Shown here one piece after another: positions 1-12,728 of a stretch of 60,000 nt of DNA; position 1 is the stretch's first letter, and each line of letters begins with the position of its first letter. Position numbers and translations under genes: made by a program. The stretch is from Lytechinus pictus (lineage: Eukaryota). The DNA lies in assembly GCF_037042905.1 (NCBI RefSeq), contig NC_087252.1:8000001-8060000 (forward strand), in the 5' to 3' direction. The notes beneath the pieces were generated by a model that saw only the letters and a list, made by a program, of their open reading frames with translations, had not been told where the DNA came from and did no database searches.

Positions 1-137
1 TTTCTCAAGCATGTTCTAGCATTTTCCTATACCACCCTTACCATCCTAGTGCTTCCCAGCATTTTTTCCCCCCAGTATTTCCCTCCTGGTTGGGACTTAA
101 TTTTCCCAGGAAATTGCCAACCCTATGATTGTAAGTC

Positions 138-237
138 CTGGGTCCCGTAACACAAACGTTAGCAATTAATCGTACGCTTGATTTTCACGATGAATTGTAC
201 ATTGCAGTCAATGCTAAACTTTGTATTGCAGGCCCAG
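138..237. mobile_element. short MITE-like element
   Basis: Imperfect terminal inverted repeats CTGGGTCCCGTAACACAAA / TTTGTATTGCAGGCCCAG; GTC on both flanks. Confidence 0.35.
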
Positions 238-1677
238 GTCTAACTCTATACTAAACCATCATTGAAAGAGGCGGATTAGTGTGATTAGAGTCACACTTAA
301 ATATTGATTTAAAAAAAGAAAGATAATATTCCAAAGAATTCATTGAAATCTAATTCATTTTTTAGTTCTCAGACAACACAACCTATAGACTCAGGGGACC
401 TACATGTATTGCAACCCTAATTTTTGTTACACAATTCCTAAGTGTGCTTCTGTTTGATTGGTAAGAAATCAAGTTATCATTGGTATTTATTTTTTTTTGT
501 TAAAAGCTTGCTCTTTTGAAAAGAGGGAGATGAAAACAAAGGCCATGACCAGAAACTAAACGGTTAGATGAGATCATGAGATTGCCAAAAAGGAGATTTG
601 TCTTCATTGTTTTTTAAACCACTACTGATATGAAGGTTTAGAAGCCCAGTAGTCAACCGGTAGACAAGCGATTGGAACCTTGCAAATGCATCATCTCAAG
701 CATGCTCTTGCGATAGCGACTAGCCAATGTACTGTAATTTTTGTTAATTGTCACGTATAGTAACAAAACTTGCCCAACATTGGCTAGTCCGAAGCATGAG
801 TATTATCGTACTTGATCACCATTGGCTGGTTTAAATTCTGATACGCCCTACAGAGGGCAACTCCTATTTGAATATTCATGATTTTATGCCACATACAGAA
901 CAAAGCATTATGTCAGCCACATGGTCAAGCAAAAGTGTACCATGCATTCAGCTATAATGCGGAGCCCCCTCCCCATTAACGTAATGACAATGGCTCGAGA
1001 CGAGTCTCCAAATGTCAACAACATACACGCTCGTCTTCTTTCTAACACACCATAACACTTGTATCTCTCTGACTGGTCTGTAATTCCATAAACGGGGCGT
1101 TTGAGACATTTTAAATAATTTTGATCACTTGAAACCTTCTAAAAAAAAATTTGAAAATTAATCTGAAGACTAACAATTTCAGTTCACACAATCCACTGCA
1201 TAAAATGTAATGTCAGAAAAAAGGAATATATTATGCAGTACCCATTATTAGACCTTTACACAATGAAAAAAAAATCATGTTTTAAAATGCATTAACTTAT
1301 ATGAATATATATGAAACAAAATGAAATTAAAAGTGCATGTGTATATAATGAAATGAGACTGAATAAAAAAAACGGAGGACAGAAAAACCGAATTGTCAAA
1401 GTTAAAATACCGGTATATATTACATGGTTATTTTAAAAAGCATGTTCATTTTTTGCATAAATTACTAGAAAAGAGCACTTTCTTGATAGTTTCATTTTTT
1501 TAGCTGCTCAAAGTTTCATACATGTAAAATGATGAGGAAGTTTGTTTTCTAGCATGATTGTGCTTCTTTGATGTTGGTCATACAGTCATGGCCTATCTTT
1601 GGTTAGACACCGGGTAAATTCAAAGTGTCAGTACAGTATTTGCAATTATTCACAAGAAAAATTGTTTTGGAGTGAAT

Positions 1678-3145
1678 TTGGTACTGGTGCTTCAGCCTCG
1701 ATTATACACACAGAACATTGACAAACTGTTCTGCATACCTTTTGATTAATTATTAAGGATTTCAAACACTCTATCCAGTGGCAGACACTTTCCTTAAATA
1801 GCCACCTGGAAGATTAGAAGTATGGTTCCATTTAAGGTCGTCCCGTATCCTCTCTTCTGGCCTGCAACACCTTTTGACACTTTCCCTTGACACCTTTTAC
1901 ACTTTCCTTTGACACCTTGAAGATTTGCTGTCCTATTCCATTTAATGTAAAGTCATGTTGCATCCTCTTTTTTTTCTCCCAGGATGCCAGTTGCCATACC
2001 ATTGACACTTTTTTGTTTGACACCTTGAAGGTTGGCAGTCCTTTTCCATTTAAGGTCATGTTTTTTCTTTTTTTTCTAGACTTTGGTACTGGTGCTTCAG
2101 CCTCGATTATACACACAGAGCATAATTGACAAACTGTTCTGCATACCTTTTGATGAATTATTTAGGATTTCAAACACTCTATCCAGTGGCAGACACTTTC
2201 CTTTAATAGCCACCTGGAAGATTGGAAGTTCGGTTCCATTTAAGGTCATTCCGTATCCTTCTGGCCTGCAATACTTATGACACTTTCCCTTGACACCTTT
2301 GACACCTTGAAGGTTTGCTGTCCGATTCCATTTAAGGTCATGTTGTATCCTCTTTTTTTACTCCGAGCATGCCAGTTGCCATACCATTGACACTTTCGTT
2401 TGACACCTTTGAAACCTTGAAGGTTTTCAGTTCTCTTCCATTTCAGATCATGTTTTTTCTTTTTCTAGACTTTGGTACTGGTGCTTAAGCCTCGATTATA
2501 CACACAGAACATTGACAAACTGTTCTACATACCTCTTGATTAATTATTAAGGATTTCACACACTCTATCCAGTGGCAGACACTTTCCTTTAATAGCCACC
2601 TGGAAGATTGGAAGTTCGGTTCCATATAAGGTCATTCTGTACTTTTGACACTTTCCCTTGACACCTTTTCCACTTTTCTTTGACACCTTGAAAACTTGCT
2701 GTCCGATTCCATTTAAGGTCATGTTGTATCCTCTTTTTTTACTCCCAGCATGCCAGTTGCCATACCATTGACACAGAACATTGACAAACTGTTCTGGATA
2801 CCTTTTGATGAATTATTTAGGATTTCACACTCCATCCAGTGGCAGACACTTTCCTTGTAATAGCCAAGATTAGAAGTTCGGTTCCATGTAAGGTTGTCCC
2901 ATATCCTCTCTTGGCCTGCAATACTTTTGACACTTTCCCTTGACACCTTTGACACTTTCCCTTAACACATTTTACACTTTCCTTTGACACCTTGCAGGTT
3001 AGCTGTCCTGTTCCATTTAAGGTCATGTTGTATCCTCTTTATCCCAGCATGCCAGTTGCTATACCAATGACACTTTCGTTTGACACCTTTGACACCTTGA
3101 AGGTTGGCAGTCCTCTTCCATTTAAGGTCATGTTTTTTTCTTTTT
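1678..3145. repeat. tandem repeat, ~400-bp unit, 3-4 copies, rich in TGACACCTT/TGACACTTT sub-repeats
   Basis: TTTGGTACTGGTGCTTCAGCCTCGATTATACACACAG recurs near 1678, 2082 and 2471, with a partial copy near 2770; ORFs here are repeat artefacts. Confidence 0.9.
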
Positions 3146-3329
3146 ATCTGGAAAGTAAATATTTGTTGCTGAATTAGCATTCTTCACTGAATTTACCACA
3201 AAATTCTAGTTTCATGGATCAATGCTTTTTGTGAAAACTTTTGATGTGAAAAATATATAATTGTTTTGATATCTATAATGCAGATCTATAAAAAGAAAGA
3301 AATATAGGTACAGTCATTGATATCCTCAG

Positions 3330-4860
3330 TCTTGGGTGACATTGAATTTCTTATTTCAGCAGTGCACTAGTCTGGACAACTTTGGCACCAATGATCGCCA
3401 TCGTCCAACTTGCATCAGTTGACTGCCCAGTTCAAGTCAGGCTTAATTCACAATTACCTCCACATATGCTCCGATGGAAGCTGTCCTCTACCTCCTTTGT
3501 AACCGCTCTTAAACCAATTTTGGTCCCAATTTTGTGGACTTTCCGTCTATTTGATGCAATTACAACAGCCTCGTGTCCCTGGCTCTTCATTCGATTTGGC
3601 TATTAAATGATATCATTAAAAACATGATACATTGTAACATCTGACAAATCAATTTGATGAGGAAGATGAACACAGTCTTATAAAAGTAAAAATTCTGTGC
3701 AAACACCAAAGATATTTATCGTCTGACATATGGTGGAAATCAAGTTGGTCCTGGTGCACAAAGTGAAGAACTTTGACGTTGACGAGTGCTACTTCTAGCA
3801 AAAAGTGAAATACCACCATATACCACTTGATGTGACGGTGAGGATTGCGATAGTATGACATACGCTGGTCAAGTAAGTCCAGTCCTCTCATTGATGAGTT
3901 GTAGCCGCAGAATTGCTGTTGGCTTGGTGACTTGGTGGATCCCTCCTGCTGATCTCCTGTCATGCACCTGCCTCTGTTGACATCCAGATGGATGGATGGT
4001 TGAGAGAGCGCTGACCCGCTTTGTATCGTGCCATGTGACACCCAGAATGTCACCTCTTTGGTGTGAGACAATTTTCACACGATTGTCTCATGCAAAGAAC
4101 GGTCGCAGGGTTGATGATGACATTGTAAAGTAATGACTGGCCTCCGTTTCTGATAAACGTTTTGGTGTCATGATCGCGTGCGAAAATCATCACTTCTCTT
4201 CTATCCCTTGAGATGACAAGCCTGTAGGTAGGAAATAATGCATCTTGAAATTTATGGTACACACTAGAATCAACAGGGCTTAAGGGAGCACTGGTGGACT
4301 CGTGTAACTCTTCCGCTTCTCACAGCAAACACCCTGGTAGGGTCAATTTTTTTTTCCATAAGGCAGTCCTTGTGTCATTTTTCACTTTATTACAGGCTAT
4401 ATTGACAGATTTGGCTGTACAGCAGTATTATTCGGTAACAGGGGAACGGTGAAGGATCATTTTCTAGCACAGTCAACCCCATCCACAATACAGTCAAAGC
4501 AACGTGCCCCCCTAGGGTTTTCCACATGATGAAACTGTATTGTGAACCCGGGATTTCAAAAGTTCTTTGTACTATTCAGGACCCCTTCCATTGCAGATAT
4601 GTCAAAATCAAAGTTACCCATGAGAATGCGATTGGAACATTTAATTGTTCTGAAACTAGAACAAGCCTCAAGTAATCCCTCTCCGATAAGTCTCAGTGAA
4701 GGGTCTCTTGCAGTTCTTCCAAAGATGATATAATATAAGCAAACGTACATGAGTGACTGTAGTGTTTTGGGGAATGTCCAAGAAATCGTATCATAATTCT
4801 CTTGCCCTAAACCTTTTGGATTTGTGTTCACCTACAAAGTGCCACTTGGGTGTCGAAAAT
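3330..4860 (-). pseudogene. degenerate piggyBac-family (PGBD-like) transposase
   Basis: Frameshifted fragments WHDTKRVSALST and YNSSMRGLDLLDQRMSYYR..KWYMVVFHFLLEVALVN match the piggyBac W.D...V..LST and YN..MGGVD..DQ motifs; outer limits approximate. Confidence 0.75.
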
Positions 4861-5366
4861 GGTGGGTGATCGTCTGTGTCAGACATAATTGTCATACTCC
4901 CAATCCCTATTTATAACTTCCTCAGATTCAGAGTTGGTGTCAACCTCTGGTAAGGATGTTTGGGGTGTATCAAGAGAAAGGTTTTTATCTGGAATATCTT
5001 CTACATAATTTTGTTTTGTTTTATGTTTCCCTCCCACTTACTTTTTTTAATTTCACGTTTGTTGCTATCGATGGGTAACAGTCCTACAACCTCATTGTCT
5101 TTTATCAAAATATTCCATGTCTGAAGAATTACTATCGATTTCTGTTAATGGTGGGAAACTCGTTGAGTTGTAAGTACCCCTGTCCCTTGGTCAGAAGGGG
5201 CTGGAATATTATGATTAGCAAGGTTCATTGTATTGAGTGACATTTTCCATCATGTTTCTATTAAAAGGTCTATGATCAAGATCACAATACCCCTTCCTTT
5301 TGGCTGGGCTGGTTGATAGACTTTCGAGCCACATTCTGAACCCCTTCAACCGCCTCTTTCACTTAA

Positions 5367-7232
5367 AGTGATCATTTCACTTTGTTCTGATTTAAAAAAT
5401 TCTCATTTTGGTTCTTGAAAATGGGCTAAACATAAGGCTTATAGTGTACAAATACCATCCCAAAAGTTTCAAAGTATTTTATCTACAGGATCAATTTTAA
5501 AACCTTGGAGATGTAAACCAAAGTTTGAAAATAATTGGGAGTTGGTTTCAATGACTTCATGTATGTGTATAGAGCGAATCTGTGCAACACAACACATCAA
5601 CTCTAGATGAAACCAGCATGACCTACATACAGTGTGTATAAGGTATACACTGAATGTACAGTGCAGCTAATAATAGCATGTGTATAGGAGATACACAGAG
5701 CAGAAGGCAGTCAACATAGCCAACGGACTTTTTGAATTGGAGAAAACTGGTCATAAGCTGGAACCCATCTACTAGACGGTTCTCAAAATCAAGCTAATAA
5801 ATTGCTACTTGTATCTAAATTAGAGTTTTTCCTCCTATATTGTGGTCTGTTTCAGGGTTTTTGAGGACAAATACAGGCACTCATACACATGTTTCGTCTC
5901 AGTGTGAGAATTTTTGTCTCGCCTGCATAGCAGAGCGAGACTATAGGCGCCGCTTTTCCGACGGCGACGGCGGCGGCGTCAACATCAAATCTTAACCTAA
6001 GGTTAAGTTTTTGAAATGACATCATAACTTAGAAAGTATATGGACCTAGTTCATGAAACTTGGACATAAGGTTAATCAAGTATTACTGAACATCCTGCTT
6101 GAGTTTCAGGTCACATGACTAAGGTCAAAGGTCATTTAGAGTCAATGAACTTAGACCATGTTGGGAGAATTATTTTCAAAATCTTAACCGAAGGTTAAGT
6201 TTTTGAAATGACATCATAACTTAGAAAATATATGGACCTAGTTCATGAAACTTGGGCATAAGGTTAATCAAGTATTAGTGAACATCCTGCTTGAGTTTCA
6301 GGTCACATGACCAAGGTCGAAGGTCATTTAAGGTCAATGAACTTTGGTCAAGTTGGGGGTATTTGTTGAATTACTATCTTAACTTTGAAAATGTATGGAT
6401 CTAGTTCATGAAACTTGGACATAAGGTTAATCAAGTATTAGTGAACATCCTGCCTGAGTTTCAGGTCACATGGCCAAGGTCAAAGGTCATTTAGGGTCAA
6501 TGAACTTTGGCCAAGTTGGGGGTATTTGTTGAATTACCTTCATAACTTTGAAAATTTATGGATCTAGTTCATGAAACTTGGACATTAGGTTAATCAAGTA
6601 CCACTGAATGTCCTGTGCAAGTTTCAGGTCACATGACCATGGTCAATGGTCATTTAAGGTCAATGAACTTTAGCCGTGTTGGGAGTCTTTGTTAAATTAC
6701 CATCCTAACTCTGAAGGTTTATGGATCTAGTTCATAAAACTTGGACATAAGAGTAATCGAGTATCACTGAACATCTTGTACGAGTTTCAGGTCACATGAC
6801 CATGGTCAAAGGTCATTTAAGGTCAATGAACTTTGGCCGTGTTGGGGGTATTTGTTGAATTACCATCCTAACTCTGAAGTTTATGGATCTATTTCATAAA
6901 ACTTGGGATATAAGAGTAATCAAGTATCACTAAACATCCCCTGTGAGTTTCAGGTCACAAAACCAAGGTCAAAGGTCAGTTAAGGTCAATAAACTTAGGC
7001 CATGTTGGGGTAATTGTTGAATTGCCATCATAACTTTGAAAGTTTATGGATAGAGTGAATGAAATGTGGTCATGGGTGTATTTGACCATATGAATGGTGT
7101 TTTTGTGAATGATTATTTTATAGTAGTTTTCAAAGTTAGCACTGCTGCTATATTAAGTTGCGTAATGCAGGCGAGACTGCCAGAGGCGTTCCACTTGTTT
7201 AAATCAGCTGCTCACAAAGTTAAACGATCCCT
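5367..7232. mobile_element. non-autonomous Kolobok-like TIR element with TTAA TSD, interrupted by a Helentron-like insert
   Basis: TTAA|AGTGATCATTTCACTTTG at 5363 and CAAAGTTAAACGATCCCT|TTAA ending 7236; imperfect TIR with AG...CT ends. Confidence 0.65.
5911..7200 (+). mobile_element. Helentron-associated non-autonomous element (HINE/DINE-like) with internal ~180-bp tandem repeats
   Basis: T-run flanks; subterminal inverted repeats GTCTCGCCTGCA (5916) / TGCAGGCGAGAC (7166); 5' hairpin partner GCGAGAC; GGC microsatellite; ~6 internal units containing AAACTTGGACATAAG and AGGTCAAAGGTCA. Confidence 0.7.
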
Positions 7233-7379
7233 TTAAGAGTTCAATTGTGAAGATGTAAGTTCGTACAGGTCTAGTAACAATTTAATAAGTAACTAGTATG
7301 TTGTGATCGTGATTGGTTGTCAGCCATGATCCTTCAAATAAAAAGACTTTAAAAGATACTTTGAAAAAAAAGAAGGATA

Positions 7380-7640
7380 TTACAAACACCAAAGTTTTAA
7401 TCTTCTAAAATATGGTGGAAATCGAGTTTGTCCTGGTGTACCATGTGAAGAACTGCCTGGAAATAGTGAACTTATATGTGATTGCTTATGCTATATGATG
7501 TGCTTGAACAAGTTTACTCATTGAGGTATCATAATGGTCTTTTGTCCATTTGGGTAAAGCTGCTGATGAACTTAATCTCCAGGATCGCTGTCTTGTTTTA
7601 AAGCGTCACAAGACAACATGTTGAAATTCAAATACTTGTA
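7380..7640 (-). pseudogene. second piggyBac-related fragment
   Basis: 7380-7455 (CAAACACCAAAG..TATGGTGGAAATCGAGTTTGTCCTGGTG..GTGAAGAAC) resembles 3699-3771 inside the piggyBac relic. Confidence 0.45.
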
Positions 7641-7644
7641 CATT

Positions 7645-9900
7645 TTGGCTGGGAGATGGTGGCCTGAGAATTATGTACCTACCGGGCCTTGCCCCTTAAA
7701 TTGTAGGTGTACGGCCACACCCAGGCAGATTTTGTTATGCAGTAGTTTACATAATTCTATTAGATTCTTGCTGGGAGAAGGTGGCCTGTAAATGTGCCTA
7801 CCGGGCCTTGCCCCTTAAATTGTAAGTGAAAGCCACGCCCGTCATATCTTTATATTTTTTACATTGGTAGTTTAAATAGATTCTGGCTGGGAGATGGTGG
7901 CCTGTGAATAATGTGCCTACTGGGCCTTGCCCCTTATATTGTAGGTGAACGGCCATGCCCAGTCATATCTTTTTATTTTTTACACGGTAGTTTACATATT
8001 TTAAGTAGATTTTGGCTGGGAGATGGTGGCCTGTGAATTATGTGCCTACCGGGCCTTGCCCCTTAAATTGTAGGTGAACGGCCACGCCCATGCAGATTTT
8101 TTTATATGCAGTAGTTTACATAATTCTATTAGATTCTTGCTGGGAGAAGGTGGCCTGTAAATGTGCCTACCGGGCCTTGCCCCTTAAATTGTAAGTGAAA
8201 GCCACGCCCGTCATATCTTTATATTTTTTACATTGGTAGTTTAAATAGATTCTGGCTGGGAGATGGTGGCCTGTGAATAATGTGCCTACTGGGCCTTGCC
8301 CCTTATATTGTAGGTGAACGGCCACGCCCAGTCATATCTTTTTATTTTTTACACGGTAGTTTACATATTTTAAGTAGATTCTTGCTGGGAGACGGTGGCC
8401 TGTAAATGTGCTTACCGGGCCTTGCCCCTTAAATTGTAAGTGAAAGCCACGCCCGTCAAATCTTTATATTTTTTTACATTGGTAGTTTAAATAGATTCTG
8501 GCTGGGAGATGGTGGCCTGTGAATGTGCCTACTGGGCCTTGCCCCTTAAATTGTAGGTGAACGGCCACGCCCAGTCATATCTTACACAGTAGTCTACATA
8601 TTTTAAGTAGATTCTAGCAGGGAAATGGTGGCCTTCGAATTATATGCCTACTGGGCCTTGCCCCTTATATTGTAGGTGAATGGCCACGCCCAGTCATATC
8701 TTTTTATTTTTTACACGGTAGTTTACATATTTTAAGTAGATTTTGGCTGGGAGATGGTGGCCTGTGAATTATTTGCCTACCGGGCCTTGCCCCTTAAATT
8801 GTAGGTGAACGGCCACGCCCATGCAGATTTTTTTATATGCAGTAGTTTACATAATTCTATTAGATTCTTGCTGGGAGACGGTGGCCTGTAAATGTGCTTA
8901 CCGGGCCTTGCCCCTTAAATTGTAAGTGAAAGCCACGCCCGTCAAATCTTTATATTTTTTTACATTGGTAGTTTAAATAGATTCTGGCTGGGAGATGGTG
9001 GCCTGTGAATAATGTGCCTACTGGGCCTTGCCCCTTAAATTGTAGGTGAACGGCCACGCCCAGTCATATCTTTTTATTTTTTACACGGTAGTTTACATAT
9101 TTTAAGTAGATTTTGGCTGGGAGATGGTGGCCTGTGAATTATGTGCCTACCGGGCCTTGCCCCTTAAATTGTAGGTGAACGGCCACGCCCAGGCAGATAT
9201 TATTATGCAGTAGTCTACATAGTTTAAGTAGATTCTGACTAGGAGATGGTGGCCTGTGAATTATGTGCCTACTGGGTCTTGCCCCTTAACTTTTGGTTGA
9301 GCTGCCACGCCCAGGCAGATTTTGTTATGCAGTAGTTTACATGATTCTATTAGATTTTGGCTGGAAAACGGTAGCCTGTAAATAATGTGCCTACCAGGCC
9401 TTGCCCCTTAAATTGTAGGTGAACGGCCACGCCTAGTCATATCCTTTTTTCTTTTTTACACAGTAGTGTACATATTAAGTAGATTCCGGTTTAAAGATGG
9501 TGGCCTGTGAATTATGTGCCACTGGGCCTTGCCCTTTATTATTGTAGGTGAAAGCCATGCCCAGTCATATCTTTTTATTTTTATTTGTATGGTAGTTTGC
9601 ATATTTTAAGTAGATTCTGGCTGGGAGATGGTGGCTTGTGAATTATATGCCTACAGGGCCTTGCCCCTTAATTTGTAGGTGAACGGCCATGCCGAGGCAG
9701 ATTTTGTTATGCAGTAGTTTCTGGCTGGGAGACGGTGACATGTCAATGTGCCTACCGGCCCTTGCCCTTTAAATTGTAGGTGAACGGCCATGCTCAGTCA
9801 TCTCTGTATATTTTTTTACACAGTAGTTTATATATTTTAAGTAGATTTTGGCTGGGAGATGGTGGCCTGTGACTTATCTACCTACCGGGCCTTGCCCCGA
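7645..9900. repeat. satellite, ~115-128-bp monomer, ~19 copies, with ~369-bp trimeric higher-order repeat
   Basis: GGCTGGGAGATGGTGGCCTGTGAATTATGTGCCTACCGGGCCTTGCCCCTTAAATTGTAGGTGAACGGCCACGCCC repeated; variant monomers recur at a 369-bp offset (7770 vs 8139). Confidence 0.95.
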
Positions 9901-10569
9901 CCTTATTTATTTTCCCCTATTAAGTCCATGTCTCTTGCATGTTCTATCATCTCCTTGATACAGCACTGCTGTGAAAATTTAGCGGCAAAATGGATCGGTA
10001 TTCCTTTTGCCGGTGGCCATGAGACCGCCGATGAGCCCTTTCTGAATGAGCATAAGTTTATAAAAGGCTCTGTTTGCTTTATCAGTTTCGGCAACGCGTA
10101 TAGCGCTGAGCTAAAGTAAGCTTAAATGCATCAACGTCCAACATCACGCCTTGCCCTTTATACACCAAAAATCATGTGAATCTTCCTAAAGACAACATTA
10201 AAAAATTCATTACCATTGTATTTTGTTACATAATTACATATTTTTTTATAGGTTAGAAATGTTCTGGGGTATCTTTTAAGACAACCTCCCATCGAATAAC
10301 TATCATCCAGTTTCGATTACTGGAAGCCTCTTTCATTTCAGATTCAAACCGTTTTATGCCTGCTACAGTGCTAGAAAGAATAAAAATGTCAGCTCGTCCA
10401 TGAATAATGAATTTCCTATAAACCGGACAATTTGTTCACCAATCCGATGGAATTGTCTAAAATGTGCAAGCATTATAAACCTCGAAAGAAGAGGAGGCTA
10501 CATTTAACTACTTTCATTCCTCTCTTCTCAAAGAGAATCGTGGGATGTACTTCTAGCTGTACATGTAAT

Positions 10570-12650
10570 GTACATGTACCCCTGTTTCATGAACACAATC
10601 AAAGCCAAAAAAGATGTCCCTTATTTACTGGAGGGTCTTTCTCTTATCAATTTTTGGTTGGGATTCAACTTCTTGGGGTGTTGTGTCATCATTTTGTTTG
10701 TGTTTTTTGTGCATATAATACGGACTCTCTTTTGTCACCTTATGACGTTGTACTCTTTACAGTTTACAGGTTTATGTCTGAGCAGTTATGATTTTGGGGT
10801 CCCCATCGAACACATCTTTATATCAAGCACTCTTTCCCAGTCACAATATTTGAATCGCCATTGACGTTTGGCCTTCAAACAGAGTGACGCTATGAAGTTG
10901 GAAACGGCTTTCCATGTAAAGGAATTTGAGTCCAAAATTTTTTCAAACTGTTGTAGATGCGTCACCGTTGTAAAACTTACCATGATTGCAAGTTGTCGAT
11001 TGGCAGTCGATGCACATACGACAACACTCCTGATAGCGTGGATCGCGATATTAGTTTAATGACACTCGTCACAGAAATGAAAAGCACACAAAAACGCTTT
11101 TGGTTTGTTATCACGTATTGATTATTCGTATTAAATTGAAAGAGTGTACCCTTCGTCGGACCTGCATATATCAATGCCTTGTTATGTCTACCTTGATATA
11201 CTGTATCAGGTATTTAGGAGACAACACTGGTTCTATACCAGCTTTCTCAAGTAGTTCCTTTGCCATGTTAAGCAATTCTTTGCTAGGAGGTCATTGCTTA
11301 TATCTAATCCATGTGCGATATCTCTAATGTCTTTTAGCATGTAATTGAGCGATAACCACTGTTTTTGCGAAGTACGTGTTATCAGTGGCAGGTGGTAGTG
11401 TTATGATAGAATGCCATCAAACTTTCGGGCACGACCTCCCATAGGGCTAACTACTTGATGGAGAGTGAATCCATACTAAAGAAAGTGCTGATCTCTATTC
11501 AAAACCTCTTTGATTTGTGCACGTATCAAAGAGGTTTTGAATAGCATACATTTGGTTAATGTCTTGTTTGACTTGACTTTCTTAGCTTGAACATAAAATT
11601 CTCGTCAGATTCTGAGTCAGAGGACAACTGCAAAGGCTTTTTTCTCCTCATGCCCGTGCCAGTGTCCTCTCTGCCCATGGATAGTCCTTTGCATACTCTG
11701 TTGCGTTTAGCAATAAGCTTCTCTTTCGACCCGTTAAACGCCAGCACCTTCGCCAAATGGGTAGTAAGACTCTTCCTGGTGCCCCATTCAATGGATACAG
11801 TATCCCCACTGCTCACCACCTCATCAATTTGTGCAAGAATAAGTTCAATATCAAAATCCCTCACCAGGGCCCAGGGAAATGCTATTTACATGTAGATATA
11901 TTCTACTGTTCAGAGATAGCAACGAGAAGAATGTTATCACGAGGTTCGGTATCTTTCAGTATTGTTTGTTTTAACTTTTCAAGGGAAGACCGGATATTGT
12001 CAAAGACTTTTTTGATGGAGAGATGTTTTTTTCCTACTTTGCTTTTGTAATCATACCACACCTCTCGAACACCAAATTGTTTGGTGATTCCTTGGTCTGC
12101 AAATCCCCATTCTTGGGTTGAAAACAGTTCAGGAGGGGGTAGCAAATAGTTCATCAAAAGAATAGTCATAAATCTCCTTTTCAGATGATGACATGGTTTG
12201 ATATTCATTATGAATGAGATATTGGTTTTTTTTACCTGTTTTGTAAGGGAATAAAAATTAGATTTAACGATTTTCTGGACTTTGGCTTGACTTTTCTATT
12301 TTAATACATTAACACTGACCTTGAAAAGTTTGCTGAGGTTTAGACATGTGACATCCCGTGCTGCATGGTAAGCCTTTGGTTATCTGAGAAGAAAACACTA
12401 GAAAATGCTATCTTGAACTAGTGAAATCTTGTGAGGAAAGAGAAAGTTTGATCAACAATTAAACATGGAAAAAATTAACGATACCCTGCTAATAGCGGAA
12501 GCATGTACAGGTTATTACTACTCCATCTTTTAGAATACGATAAAATGTCTTCACTCTTTTTGAGGACACACTGTCAATTTACGGATGAAATGCACGTTTT
12601 TTCTTCTTTATTCAATTTCTAATCCTTGAAAATTCCCATTACAATTTACA
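10570..12650 (-). pseudogene. relic of an older Polinton pPolB 5' region (copy 1)
   Basis: Translated fragments IYAGPTKGT, RDFDIELILAQI and FGVREVWYDYKS..VFDNIRSSLEKLK align with pPolB ORFs at 33100-34500; many stops and frameshifts. Confidence 0.85.
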
Positions 12651-12728
12651 TTCACTAAGAAACAGATCAGCACACCCTTTTTACGCCTGTTTCAGTTATT
12701 TTTCATTTTGTTAATATGAAATTTTTAT

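Noticed and set aside
1832..3180. Cluster of short ORFs (MTLNG..)
   Set aside because: Translations of a non-coding tandem repeat
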